Shown one piece after another: positions 8,428-16,281 of a DNA stretch of 64,000 nt. How positions within the stretch are numbered: the stretch's first letter is position 1; every line of letters starts with the position of its first letter. The stretch is from Candidatus Woesearchaeota archaeon (lineage in GTDB: Archaea; Nanobdellota; Nanobdellia; Woesearchaeales; JACPIF01): positions 2,139 to 66,138 of the forward strand of contig JACPIF010000011.1 of the NCBI GenBank assembly GCA_016188215.1, given 5' to 3'. A program made the position numbers and the translations under genes. The notes below the pieces were generated by a model. It was not told the origin of the DNA. It searched no databases and was given only the letters and a program-made list of their open reading frames with translations.

Positions 8428-8443
8428 CACCGGGTGCTTATTT
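8428..8443 (+). repeat. attR-like direct repeat
   Basis: CACCGGGTGCTTATTT, identical to 2771-2786. Confidence 0.8.
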
Positions 8444-8507
8444 TCTCCCAAACCTTTTTATACCCAATTCAGGATATATATGCTAAAATACACTCAGGAG
8501 GTGTCGT

Positions 8508-8729
8508 ATGGGAGATTGCTGTGGAGGCGTGTGCGTAAAGTGCAGGGGCGGAAAATGGCTGGTGTTTGGAGTAGTCTTGCTTATAGTGACCTGGTGGGCA
8601 AAGAGCAGGGGAGATGTATACCTGATATGGTATGCATTGGGCGTCCTGGTAGCATTGAAAGGCCTCATGAAGCTTGCAATGCCGAATTGCCCGCATTGCG
8701 CAGTTGACATGCCTAAGAAGAAACGATAA
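8508..8729 (+). CDS. small Cys-rich membrane protein
   Basis: 73 aa. GGAGG lies 6-7 nt upstream of the ATG. Sequence runs MGDCCGGVCVKCRGG, then two TM spans, then CPHC. Confidence 0.5.
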   Translation: MGDCCGGVCVKCRGGKWLVFGVVLLIVTWWAKSRGDVYLIWYALGVLVALKGLMKLAMPNCPHCAVDMPKKKR

Positions 8730-8736
8730 ATTCTTA

Positions 8737-8744
8737 TTTTTTTT
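8737..8744 (+). terminator. T8 tract between convergent genes
   Basis: TTTTTTTT starts 8 nt after the stop at 8729. Oligo-T is the usual archaeal termination signal. Confidence 0.35.
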
Positions 8745-9261
8745 ACTTTTTATTTATCACAAAATAAGCGGGTGTAAACCTATTAATTTTCGTTCTAGAA
8801 TAGAAAAGAAAATTGCCTATTTTATGAAATCTTTCTAAACCCCTAAAATATCTAAAAAAAAGAATATCTAAATTTAGCCATATAGGAAATATTACATTTC
8901 CAAGTATACATATGATTAAGATAGGTACTGGGAAAAAGTAACCCAAAATTGGATCTGGGCTAATCAAAATAAAGAGAACTACGGCAATTAAGAATAAATT
9001 AAAGTTTAAGATATTTCTAGCTTTTATTAGAATGTTCTTACCCTCTGGACTATTGAATTCTAATTCCCACATATTTGAGTAGATATAGAGAAAAATATAA
9101 AGAGGCACAGTAAAAGCATATAATTGCTCGAAAAATTGTGGGATGGGAGTTTCTCTTAATCCATTTCTTATTATATAATCAATAGTTACTGCAAAAAGAG
9201 TTATAGTTAGACTGAATTCTACCAAACTCTTTACTTTTTCTAACTCTTCTATTGCCATCAT
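8743..9261 (-). CDS. polytopic membrane protein, AT-rich
   Basis: 172 aa with several hydrophobic spans. Its composition resembles the integrated element, although it lies outside the direct repeats. Confidence 0.5.
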   Translation of the reverse strand: MMAIEELEKVKSLVEFSLTITLFAVTIDYIIRNGLRETPIPQFFEQLYAFTVPLYIFLYIYSNMWELEFNSPEGKNILIKARNILNFNLFLIAVVLFILISPDPILGYFFPVPILIICILGNVIFPIWLNLDILFFRYFRGLERFHKIGNFLFYSRTKINRFTPAYFVINKK

Positions 9262-9333
9262 ATGTTTATTCTTGTTGTGATATTAATATTTATGCACGAA
9301 ACCCTTTTATAATGACCTGTATTTCTCCCTTTC

Positions 9334-10074
9334 ATGGAAAGCGTCAAGCGCATCGCACTATCAAAAGAAGGCAACCAGTACTACATCCGCAATATTACAC
9401 AGGACTACCACACCAAGGAAGGCTACATCAGGAAAGAAGACCTGAAGAAAAAAGCTGCAATTGCAAAGACCAACACAGGCTCAGAATTATTCATCTTTGA
9501 GCCAGGTTTTATTGACAGTTACCGCAAGATCAAGCGCCTGCCGCAGATAATCCCACTGAAGGACATTGGAGCAATCATTGCAGTTACAGGCATCAGCCCT
9601 AAAAGCAAGGTAGTTGATGCAGGCTCTGGTTCAGGCGCTTTGGCATTGTTCCTGGCTCATCTCGTCAAGGAAGTTACAACATATGAGATACGCGACGACT
9701 TTATTGCAGTAGTCAGGGAAAACATAGCAGCTCTCGGCATAAAAAACATAAAAGTAAAAAAGAAGGATGTCACGCAGGGAATTGATGAAAAAAATGTTGA
9801 CCTTGTCGTGCTTGACATGCCAAACCCCTGGGATGCGCTTCCTGCAGTGCAGAAAAGCCTGAAGGTAGGCGGCTTCCTGGTCTCATACTCACCTACTATA
9901 GTTCAGGCAGCAGACGTGGTGCATGCCCTAAAGGACCATAAGTCGCTGCTCCACATCAAGACCACTGAGACATTGGAGCGTGAATGGGAGATTGACGAGC
10001 GCAGGATCCGCCCGCATTCGCAGATGCTTGCCCATTCAGGCTTCCTCACTTTCATCAGGAAAGTCTCAGAATAG
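9334..10074 (+). CDS. trmI: tRNA (adenine-N1)-methyltransferase, TrmI/Gcd14 family
   Basis: 246 aa. VVDAGSGSGALALFLA (SAM motif I), LDMPNPWDAL, RPHSQMLAHSGFLTFIRK. Confidence 0.85.
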   Translation: MESVKRIALSKEGNQYYIRNITQDYHTKEGYIRKEDLKKKAAIAKTNTGSELFIFEPGFIDSYRKIKRLPQIIPLKDIGAIIAVTGISPKSKVVDAGSGSGALALFLAHLVKEVTTYEIRDDFIAVVRENIAALGIKNIKVKKKDVTQGIDEKNVDLVVLDMPNPWDALPAVQKSLKVGGFLVSYSPTIVQAADVVHALKDHKSLLHIKTTETLEREWEIDERRIRPHSQMLAHSGFLTFIRKVSE

Positions 10075-10080
10075 AAAATC

Positions 10081-10644
10081 ATGAAGAAAGAAATCCGCAT
10101 ACTGGGGATTGATGACGGCCCGTTCAACAAGAAGCAGCAGGGAAAACCTGTACTTGTCGTAGGCACTATCTTCAGGGGCGGCCAGTTCATGGATGGAGTT
10201 CTCTCTACTTACGTTGAATTAGATGGCAGTGATGCCACACATAAGCTCATTGAGCTAATTAACAAGACAAAGCACAAGGCTCAGTTGCAGGTAATAATGC
10301 TCAACGGCATCTCAGTTGGTGGCTTCAACATTATTGATATCCATGAATTATACAAAAAGACCAGATTGCCGGTTGTAGTAGTCGTGCGCCGCAGCCCAGA
10401 TTTTGAAAAGATACATGCAGCCTTGAACAAGATTGGCTTTTCAGATAAGATTAAGCTCTTGCAGAAAGCAGGCCAGGTCCACAAGCTGGGCAGGATATAT
10501 GTCCAGCTCGCGGGGATATCAGTTGGGGAATCTCAGGAGCTTCTGAAAATTTCCTGCACGCATTCATTAATCCCGGAGCCTATAAGGATAGCTCATCTGA
10601 TCGCTTCAGGAATAACTGACGGAGAGAGCCGGGGAAGAGCTTAA
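10081..10644 (+). CDS. DUF99 / UPF0215 family protein
   Basis: 187 aa. N-terminal IRILGIDDGPF is the signature of this archaeal family. Confidence 0.8.
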   Translation: MKKEIRILGIDDGPFNKKQQGKPVLVVGTIFRGGQFMDGVLSTYVELDGSDATHKLIELINKTKHKAQLQVIMLNGISVGGFNIIDIHELYKKTRLPVVVVVRRSPDFEKIHAALNKIGFSDKIKLLQKAGQVHKLGRIYVQLAGISVGESQELLKISCTHSLIPEPIRIAHLIASGITDGESRGRA

Positions 10645-10744
10645 AACAGTTGCGAAAAAAATAAAAAATAAATTTTAGAAACTTTCTAAACAAAATGAAT
10701 TTCTAGAACAAAATTTATAAATAAAAGCACTTTACAAAAATTAA

Positions 10745-11878
10745 ATGAAACAAAAATCAGCAGCTCACCTTGTCCCGTCAAGCTCAGGCAGCGGGAGACA
10801 GGCAGTGCACACCAGCGACAGGCGTGACGCAAAGAAATATGCCACAGGCTTCTCAGACCATCTTGAGCCTCTTGAAGCTCTTGATCTGGGCAAGATTAAG
10901 GATTTTGACGATCTTGCAAGCGCGATGTCAAAGACAGCATTCGGCGGCCGCTCTCTGGGCGAGGCTGCTGATGTCTTGTATGAGATGGCAAATGATCCTG
11001 ACTGCTATATCGTTGGCACATTCTCCGGAGCAATGACCATTGCTAAGATGGGCCTCTTGATTTGCGACATGATAGACAAGGGCATGCTAAATGCAGTTGT
11101 ATCCACAGGTGCTTTGATGGCTCATGGTTTTGTTGAATCTGTCGGCATGCGGCATTTCAAGTACAATCCAGGCATGGATGACACTGTGCTTTACGAAAAA
11201 GGATATAACCGCGTCTATGATACATTGGAATTGGAAAAGAACCTTGACGACGCTGAACTTATCATTGCAAAGGTTCTGGATTCAGCAGACCGGAACGAAA
11301 TCCTGTCAAGCCAGAGGCTGAATTTTCTTCTCGGAGAATTCCTGCACAGGAATATCCCAGGGAAGGCAATACTGAAATCAGCATATGAAAAAAAGGTGCC
11401 GGTCTACGTCCCTGCATTCACTGACTCCGAGTTCGGCCTGGATTTCGCCCTCTACATGAGGAAGCAGCAGATAAAGGGAGAGAAGCCGTTCCTGTTCAAC
11501 CCGTTCCTTGACCTGGACCATTATACTAATGAGATCAGAAATGCAAAGAAAGTGGGCATATTCACGATAGGCGGCGGTGTTCCCAGGAACTGGGCGCAGC
11601 AAGTCGGCCCATATCTTGACATTATTGAAAAAAGAATCGGCCATAATGGCGGCTATAAGCGGTTCAATTACGGAGTCAGGATATGCCCGGAGCCAGTCCA
11701 TTGGGGCGGATTATCGGGATGCAGCTATAGCGAAGGCGTCTCCTGGGGCAAGTTTATTCCGGAATCAGAAGGCGGCAGGTTTGCAGAGGTTCTTGCAGAT
11801 GCGACCATTGCATGGCCCGTTATCCTGAAGGCTGTCCTGGAGCGCATGGACAAGAAAAAGAAAGGCGGGAATAGTTAG
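10745..11878 (+). CDS. dys: deoxyhypusine synthase-like protein
   Basis: 377 aa. FGGRSLGEAADVLYEM, GAMTIAKMG, VSTGALMAHG, GGGVPRNWAQQ. The N-terminal 40 aa or so may be an over-extension. Confidence 0.85.
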   Translation: MKQKSAAHLVPSSSGSGRQAVHTSDRRDAKKYATGFSDHLEPLEALDLGKIKDFDDLASAMSKTAFGGRSLGEAADVLYEMANDPDCYIVGTFSGAMTIAKMGLLICDMIDKGMLNAVVSTGALMAHGFVESVGMRHFKYNPGMDDTVLYEKGYNRVYDTLELEKNLDDAELIIAKVLDSADRNEILSSQRLNFLLGEFLHRNIPGKAILKSAYEKKVPVYVPAFTDSEFGLDFALYMRKQQIKGEKPFLFNPFLDLDHYTNEIRNAKKVGIFTIGGGVPRNWAQQVGPYLDIIEKRIGHNGGYKRFNYGVRICPEPVHWGGLSGCSYSEGVSWGKFIPESEGGRFAEVLADATIAWPVILKAVLERMDKKKKGGNS

Positions 11879-12096
11879 GTCTTTTTCTTTTTAGCGGCTC
11901 TTTTAGAAACTCCTTTCTTAGCAAATTCCTTGAGCTTTGAAATAGGCAGTTCAAGCGCCACGGTTCCGTTATATCCGCATGAGGAACATTGGTACCGTGC
12001 CGGTGTAATGCCGGCAGCGCTCCAAAACTCCCTACCAAACCTTAGGCCCGGTTTCATGCATTTCGGGCAAATTTTAACATAGGTTCCATGTGCCAT
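11875..12096 (-). CDS. zinc-ribbon protein with a Lys-rich tail
   Basis: 73 aa. CPKC..(27)..CSSC. Its start overlaps the SET gene stop (TAATG). Confidence 0.55.
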   Translation of the reverse strand: MAHGTYVKICPKCMKPGLRFGREFWSAAGITPARYQCSSCGYNGTVALELPISKLKEFAKKGVSKRAAKKKKT

Positions 12097-12560
12097 TATT
12101 CAACCTCGGCAAGAAGCCACTTAGGGATATATTTTCGGTTGATCTTTAAAAATGCAGCATCAGTTTGTAATAGATTCCCTCTGATGAGGTGCCTGCAAAG
12201 TTTACTTTTACAGTTGCATTCCATCTCCCACGGATCGACGCTGGAAAGCGAATAATCGCAGGTGATTTCTTCTCCTTTTCGTATTGCTCTTTTTGAGAAA
12301 AGAGCATAATCCTTTAGGTAAGCGTTCGGTTTGCAAGAATGATTCACGTACCTCTCAGGAGATTTCATGACAGTATATTTTTTCTTCCCTATATACATTG
12401 TATGATTTTGCTCTTCTAGTGGCAAATACTGGAGATTATCCTTATGAATTGTGGCAGACGTGTCTATAGTAAGGATCAACTCTCCCTGCTTGAAATCCCT
12501 GCTTGCAAAAACACCCTTCCCCTTCTTACCAGAATCCTTTATTAAAACATCCGCCATCAT
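12096..12560 (-). CDS. SET-domain protein (putative lysine methyltransferase)
   Basis: 154 aa. GKGVFASRDFKQGELI, NHSCKPNAY, GEEITCDYS, post-SET-like CNCKSKLCR. Confidence 0.85.
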   Translation of the reverse strand: MMADVLIKDSGKKGKGVFASRDFKQGELILTIDTSATIHKDNLQYLPLEEQNHTMYIGKKKYTVMKSPERYVNHSCKPNAYLKDYALFSKRAIRKGEEITCDYSLSSVDPWEMECNCKSKLCRHLIRGNLLQTDAAFLKINRKYIPKWLLAEVE

Positions 12561-14317
12561 GTATAATACAGCTTCCCGCTTTTCTTCTGCTCCCTGTCTT
12601 TTACAGATTCAGGCTTGTTCACGCGCGGCCTGTGGCTCTCCTCATCGCGGCGCATAGTAATGTTGAGGGTTGATAGCATGCGGTTCATGCCCTCTTCCAT
12701 GCTGAACGGGCCAAGTGCACTGCCGTGCTGCGCCGGCTTGCCTTCAAACACAAGCAGCCTGTCAGAAAGATAATCCAAGAACAGCAGGTCATGGTCAATG
12801 ACCATTGCAGAGATCCCGCGGTTGCTTACCACATTCTTGATTACTTTTGACACCACAAGCCGCTGCTCAATATCAAGGTAGGCAGACGGCTCATCCAGAA
12901 GGACAAGCTCGCAATCTTTTGCCAAGGCTTCTGCTATCGCAACCCTTTGCAGCTCCCCTCCTGACAGCTCAGAAGCTTTTAGGTTCATCAGGAATTCCAG
13001 TTCCAGCGGCTTGACAATATCATGCTCATGCCTTTTCATCGCATCCTTCAGGATATCTGACACCAGCGCATCTGTCGCTTCAAGGTACTGCGGCTTGTAG
13101 CTTATCCTGATATTCCTGTCAACAGTTCCTGAATCCGGCTGCAGCACCCCTGCAAGTATCTTCATGAAGCTGGTCTTGCCAATGCCGTTCTCACCCAGCA
13201 TTCCCACAATCTCTTTCTTGCTGATGCTGCCGCTGGCAGCCTCCAGCCTGAATTTCCCAAGTGTTTTTGTAAGCCCGCTCCACTCAGTCAGCTTCTGGTG
13301 CTGCTTTCCGCTGAAATGCTGCCGCATCTCAAAAGTTATCTTGTGGTCGCGGAACCGTACATTTTCCTCTTTTATGTAGCCGGAAAGGAAAGTGTTGATG
13401 CCTTCCTTTGCAGATTTCAGCACTGATACGATGCCATAGCACGCCTCTTTTCCATAGATGATATTGATAAGGTCAGCCATCGCATCCAGCAGTATCAGGT
13501 CATGCTCAATCACCAGGACTGCTGTCTTCTCTTTCGCAAGATTCTTGATGAACCTTGACACTAGAATTCTCTGCTTGATATCCAGGAAGCTGGAAGGCTC
13601 GTCAAAAATATAGAGGTCAGCATCTTTCAGCACAGTTGCTGCGATCGCCACCCTCTGCAGCTCTCCCCCGCTGATCTCAGTGACTTTTGAATCAAGGAAA
13701 TCCTGCAGCCCAAGCTCTTCTGCAATCTGCTGTATCTTTTGCTGCTCAGCCTGTATCTTCTCCAGAAGCTCGCGCACAGTTCCCTTGAACTGGTACGGTA
13801 TTAAATCAACCTGCTGCGGCTTGTATGCTGTCTTGATCTCCCCTCTCTTTATGCTCTCAAAGAATCTCTGCGCCTCAGTCCCTTTATAGAACTGCAGCAA
13901 TTCCTCAAATCCTGCTTCCTTGTCAGTTCCAAGGTTCGGCTTCATCACGCCAGCAAGTATTTTTATTGCAGTTGATTTCCCGATGCCGTTCTTTCCGATG
14001 ATGCCCAGGACGCTTCCGAACACAGGAGTCGGCAGGTTATAAAGCCTGAACCCGTTCAGGCCGTACTTGTGTATTGGCTGCGCATCCAATTCCTCAGGAA
14101 GATTGATGATATCTATTGCATGGAACGGGCACCTGTTAGCAGGTATCACAATCCCCGGCCCGCACAAGTCCTCATTTATCTTGATTTTCTTGTCAATATC
14201 TATGGCTATCGCTTCCTTTCCCATGCGGTTGTCAGGGCTAACCCTGATGCACAGGTAGCCCCCGCATCCCTGCGGGTTGCACCGTTCCTTGTGCACTACT
14301 GCAATCCTTTTCGCCAT
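12557..14317 (-). CDS. abcE1: ABCE1 / RNase L inhibitor-type ribosome recycling ATPase
   Basis: 586 aa. N-terminal Cys-rich domain and two ABC cassettes (GKNGIGKST, GENGIGKTS; ISGGELQRVAIA, LSGGELQRVAIA). Confidence 0.92.
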   Translation of the reverse strand: MAKRIAVVHKERCNPQGCGGYLCIRVSPDNRMGKEAIAIDIDKKIKINEDLCGPGIVIPANRCPFHAIDIINLPEELDAQPIHKYGLNGFRLYNLPTPVFGSVLGIIGKNGIGKSTAIKILAGVMKPNLGTDKEAGFEELLQFYKGTEAQRFFESIKRGEIKTAYKPQQVDLIPYQFKGTVRELLEKIQAEQQKIQQIAEELGLQDFLDSKVTEISGGELQRVAIAATVLKDADLYIFDEPSSFLDIKQRILVSRFIKNLAKEKTAVLVIEHDLILLDAMADLINIIYGKEACYGIVSVLKSAKEGINTFLSGYIKEENVRFRDHKITFEMRQHFSGKQHQKLTEWSGLTKTLGKFRLEAASGSISKKEIVGMLGENGIGKTSFMKILAGVLQPDSGTVDRNIRISYKPQYLEATDALVSDILKDAMKRHEHDIVKPLELEFLMNLKASELSGGELQRVAIAEALAKDCELVLLDEPSAYLDIEQRLVVSKVIKNVVSNRGISAMVIDHDLLFLDYLSDRLLVFEGKPAQHGSALGPFSMEEGMNRMLSTLNITMRRDEESHRPRVNKPESVKDREQKKSGKLYYT

Positions 14318-14416
14318 GCTTCCTTAGAATTTGGGTATGTTTAAAAGCTTTATTCATATATGCTGAACTATAGTTTGCACAAAATATTTAAAGCCTGAAA
14401 AAGAAAGTTTTCCTTT

Positions 14417-14716
14417 GTGAGCCCTACTATACAGCAAGAACCGCTTAATATGCTGGAATGTATAGCATATTTTGCAAGAAGATCATTACTAATCTCTGCT
14501 AATATGCAGCGCGCCGATAGAATTGATCAAAACGGATTGCCGATTCTTGTGGCAATGGGAAGGTATTTTGATCCTGAAGTCCGCTATACTGAATTAAGAA
14601 AAGTTTCTGATTCTTTTGCAAATATTCTCTTAGCTTTGATTCCAGAGCAATATAGGCGCAGGGGCAGCTTGACAGCAAAAATTGAGATGGGCGCTTATAG
14701 GCTATTCGGAGAATAG
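14417..14716 (+). CDS. hypothetical protein (GTG start)
   Basis: 99-aa ORF. No motif recognised. Confidence 0.4.
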   Translation: MSPTIQQEPLNMLECIAYFARRSLLISANMQRADRIDQNGLPILVAMGRYFDPEVRYTELRKVSDSFANILLALIPEQYRRRGSLTAKIEMGAYRLFGE

Positions 14717-14783
14717 CTAGGAGGCCTTGTAACCCATTGAGAAATCAGGCTCTTCCTCTTCAAATCCTTCCGCTCCTAAATTA

Positions 14784-14948
14784 TCATACCACTGCCTTAT
14801 TTTTCTTTTCCACTCCACTGAGCTTCACCGGTAGTTTCTTGCCGAAATTCTTTGCAAAGCTGAAAAGGTATCTTTTCGTTTTGTGCTTCTGCCTCAGGAA
14901 GAACTCAAGCAGCTCCACATCCTGTATCGTCGTCTTCGGCTCTTTCAT
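14784..14948 (-). CDS. possible 54-aa Lys-rich protein (below the track cutoff)
   Basis: My translation: MKEPKTTIQDVELLEFFLRQKHKTKRYLFSFAKNFGKKLPVKLSGVEKKNKAVV. It competes with the low-complexity plus-strand ORF 14737-15000. Confidence 0.3.
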   Translation of the reverse strand: MKEPKTTIQDVELLEFFLRQKHKTKRYLFSFAKNFGKKLPVKLSGVEKKNKAVV

Positions 14949-15085
14949 GAATTTTATTGAACAAACAATGATTTATAAAAGTATGTATAACATATTATAA
15001 GGTTTATATAAAAATCTTAAGCACAAGACTAACGAATCTGAATGAAACCAGTAATATTTAAATACTCAAATATTCTTTAGGATAT

Positions 15086-15364
15086 ATGGAATTTCTAGCT
15101 TTGGATAGCGTCACCGAAGAAGCTTTTGAAGTGCTATTAAGATCTAAGGGAACTATTAAAGTTGAAAATGGGCCTGTAACAGAAGTTTGGTATAATATAC
15201 ATTATTTTTCTGGCCGTGTAGTAATTGAATTTGACGGTGAAGTTATTCTTTATGATTCTCAGTTGTCTCCATTTCTCCGGAAGGGCGCAGTTGAAGAGGT
15301 GGAAAGGCTGCGCAGAATCTTGAATAGCTATAAAGATCAACAGCAGCCTGATAAAGCTGGTTAA
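15086..15364 (+). CDS. hypothetical protein
   Basis: 92-aa ORF. No motif recognised. Confidence 0.45.
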   Translation: MEFLALDSVTEEAFEVLLRSKGTIKVENGPVTEVWYNIHYFSGRVVIEFDGEVILYDSQLSPFLRKGAVEEVERLRRILNSYKDQQQPDKAG

Positions 15365-15405
15365 TAAGGCGTAATTTTATAAAGAACAGATTTTTCTATA
15401 GGAGC

Positions 15406-15564
15406 ATGAAATGCAGCATCTGCAAGAAACAGGTTGAGGAGAACTTTCTTAAGAAGCCATTTGGCACTTATGTGAAAGATGCCAAAGGCAAGGCGCATTT
15501 GATCTGCACCTCATGTCAAATAAAATTTGATAACGACAAGGAAAAGATTCTAGCAGCACTATAG
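15406..15564 (+). CDS. 52-aa zinc-ribbon protein (below the track cutoff)
   Basis: My translation: MKCSICKKQVEENFLKKPFGTYVKDAKGKAHLICTSCQIKFDNDKEKILAAL. It has CxxC..CxxC, and GGAG lies just upstream of the ATG. Confidence 0.45.
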   Translation: MKCSICKKQVEENFLKKPFGTYVKDAKGKAHLICTSCQIKFDNDKEKILAAL

Positions 15565-15583
15565 TGCCGTTATGAGAGTAAGT

Positions 15584-15637
15584 GCCGTCCGCAGGACTCG
15601 TATAGTGCGCGACCAGTGTGAGCGCAGCCGTGCAAGT
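15584..15637 (+). repeat. GC-rich hairpin element, copy 3 (lacks hairpin 3)
   Basis: GTCC-GCA-GGAC 15587-15597; TGCGC..GCGCA 15606-15626; then GTGCAAGT as in copy 1. Confidence 0.7.
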
Positions 15638-15670
15638 TAGTATCCCAATCCAATATTCCTTAGGCAAAGC

Positions 15671-15678
15671 TTAAAAAT
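15671..15678 (+). promoter_or_regulatory. TATA box candidate for the tRNA-like gene
   Basis: TTAAAAAT centred about 28 nt upstream of 15702. Confidence 0.4.
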
Positions 15679-15701
15679 CGCCAAAAATTCTAGATGAATA
15701 T

Positions 15702-15807
15702 GCCCTGGTAGCACAGTAGCAGTGCGTCTGATCCGTATGGAGGCGAACCTCGTATGCTACAAAGCTAGGATAGCAGAAGGTCGGGGGTGCAACTCCCCTC
15801 CGGGGCT
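15702..15807 (+). tRNA. intron-containing tRNA-like gene; anticodon tentatively CGU (Thr); several non-canonical conserved positions
   Basis: Acceptor GCCCTGG/CCGGGGC (one G-U); D stem GCAC/GTGC; anticodon stem TCTG(A)/(G)CAGA; variable AGGTC; T stem GGGGG/CCCCT; discriminator U. About 33 extra nt sit in the anticodon region. The gene is followed by TTTT. Confidence 0.55.
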
Positions 15808-15815
15808 TTTCCGGT

Positions 15816-16175
15816 TCATGCTGTAATCCTGTAAAACTCGCACTTCACGCATTCTCTCTTTTCGCATCCGGCCGGCGCTTGCCCATACTTCACATTCCAC
15901 AGCTTTATATCATTTGCAATAGCATACAGCGCCCGCCCTTTCTCAGTGAGCCTGTACTTGGTGCGCATCTGCGCGCCTGCTACAGCCTGCTTCCTGATTA
16001 TGCCGAACTTCTCAAGCTCACAAAGCCGCTTGGAGAGAATTTTTGGTGAGACGTGCTGCATCCTTTCATGGATAAAATTGAATCCCTTGTCTCTGTTTAG
16101 CGCTATCTCCTGAAGCAATACAATTGTCCACTTTTTCCCGATTAAATCTGCAATTGCACTGGTAGGGCATTCCAT
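15816..16175 (-). CDS. HxlR-family winged-helix transcriptional regulator
   Basis: 119 aa. CPTSAIADLIGKKWTIVLLQEI..VSPKILSKRLCELEKFGIIRK. Confidence 0.85.
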   Translation of the reverse strand: MECPTSAIADLIGKKWTIVLLQEIALNRDKGFNFIHERMQHVSPKILSKRLCELEKFGIIRKQAVAGAQMRTKYRLTEKGRALYAIANDIKLWNVKYGQAPAGCEKRECVKCEFYRITA

Positions 16176-16281
16176 GCATTATCCCTTGGTATCCTTTTGG
16201 GACCGACATATTTATTTACTTAATAAATCTTGTTGTAAGATAGATTCTGAAAGCCTCAGGGCAGTCATAAGTCCACAACTC

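Larger units (their letters stand above)
2771..8443. mobile_element. integrated element (about 5.7 kb) in the 3' end of tRNA-Cys
   Basis: 16-bp direct repeat CACCGGGTGCTTATTT at both ends. An intact integrase lies next to the tRNA. The interior is visibly AT-richer than the flanks and its cargo is all small orphan ORFs. Confidence 0.75.

Noticed and set aside
8743-9261. AT-rich membrane-protein gene as part of the integrated element
   Set aside because: It lies outside the 16-bp direct repeat, and no further att-like copy was found beyond it. It may be a remnant of an older insertion, but that cannot be supported here.
14737-15000. 87-aa plus-strand ORF
   Set aside because: The translation is low-complexity Leu/Phe/Ser. 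A 54-aa minus-strand ORF (14784-14948) is at least as plausible. Neither is strongly supported.
15449-15667. 72-aa minus-strand ORF
   Set aside because: It is antisense to a zinc-ribbon ORF with a good ribosome-binding site and runs through the GC-rich hairpin repeat. It is probably kept open by that composition.
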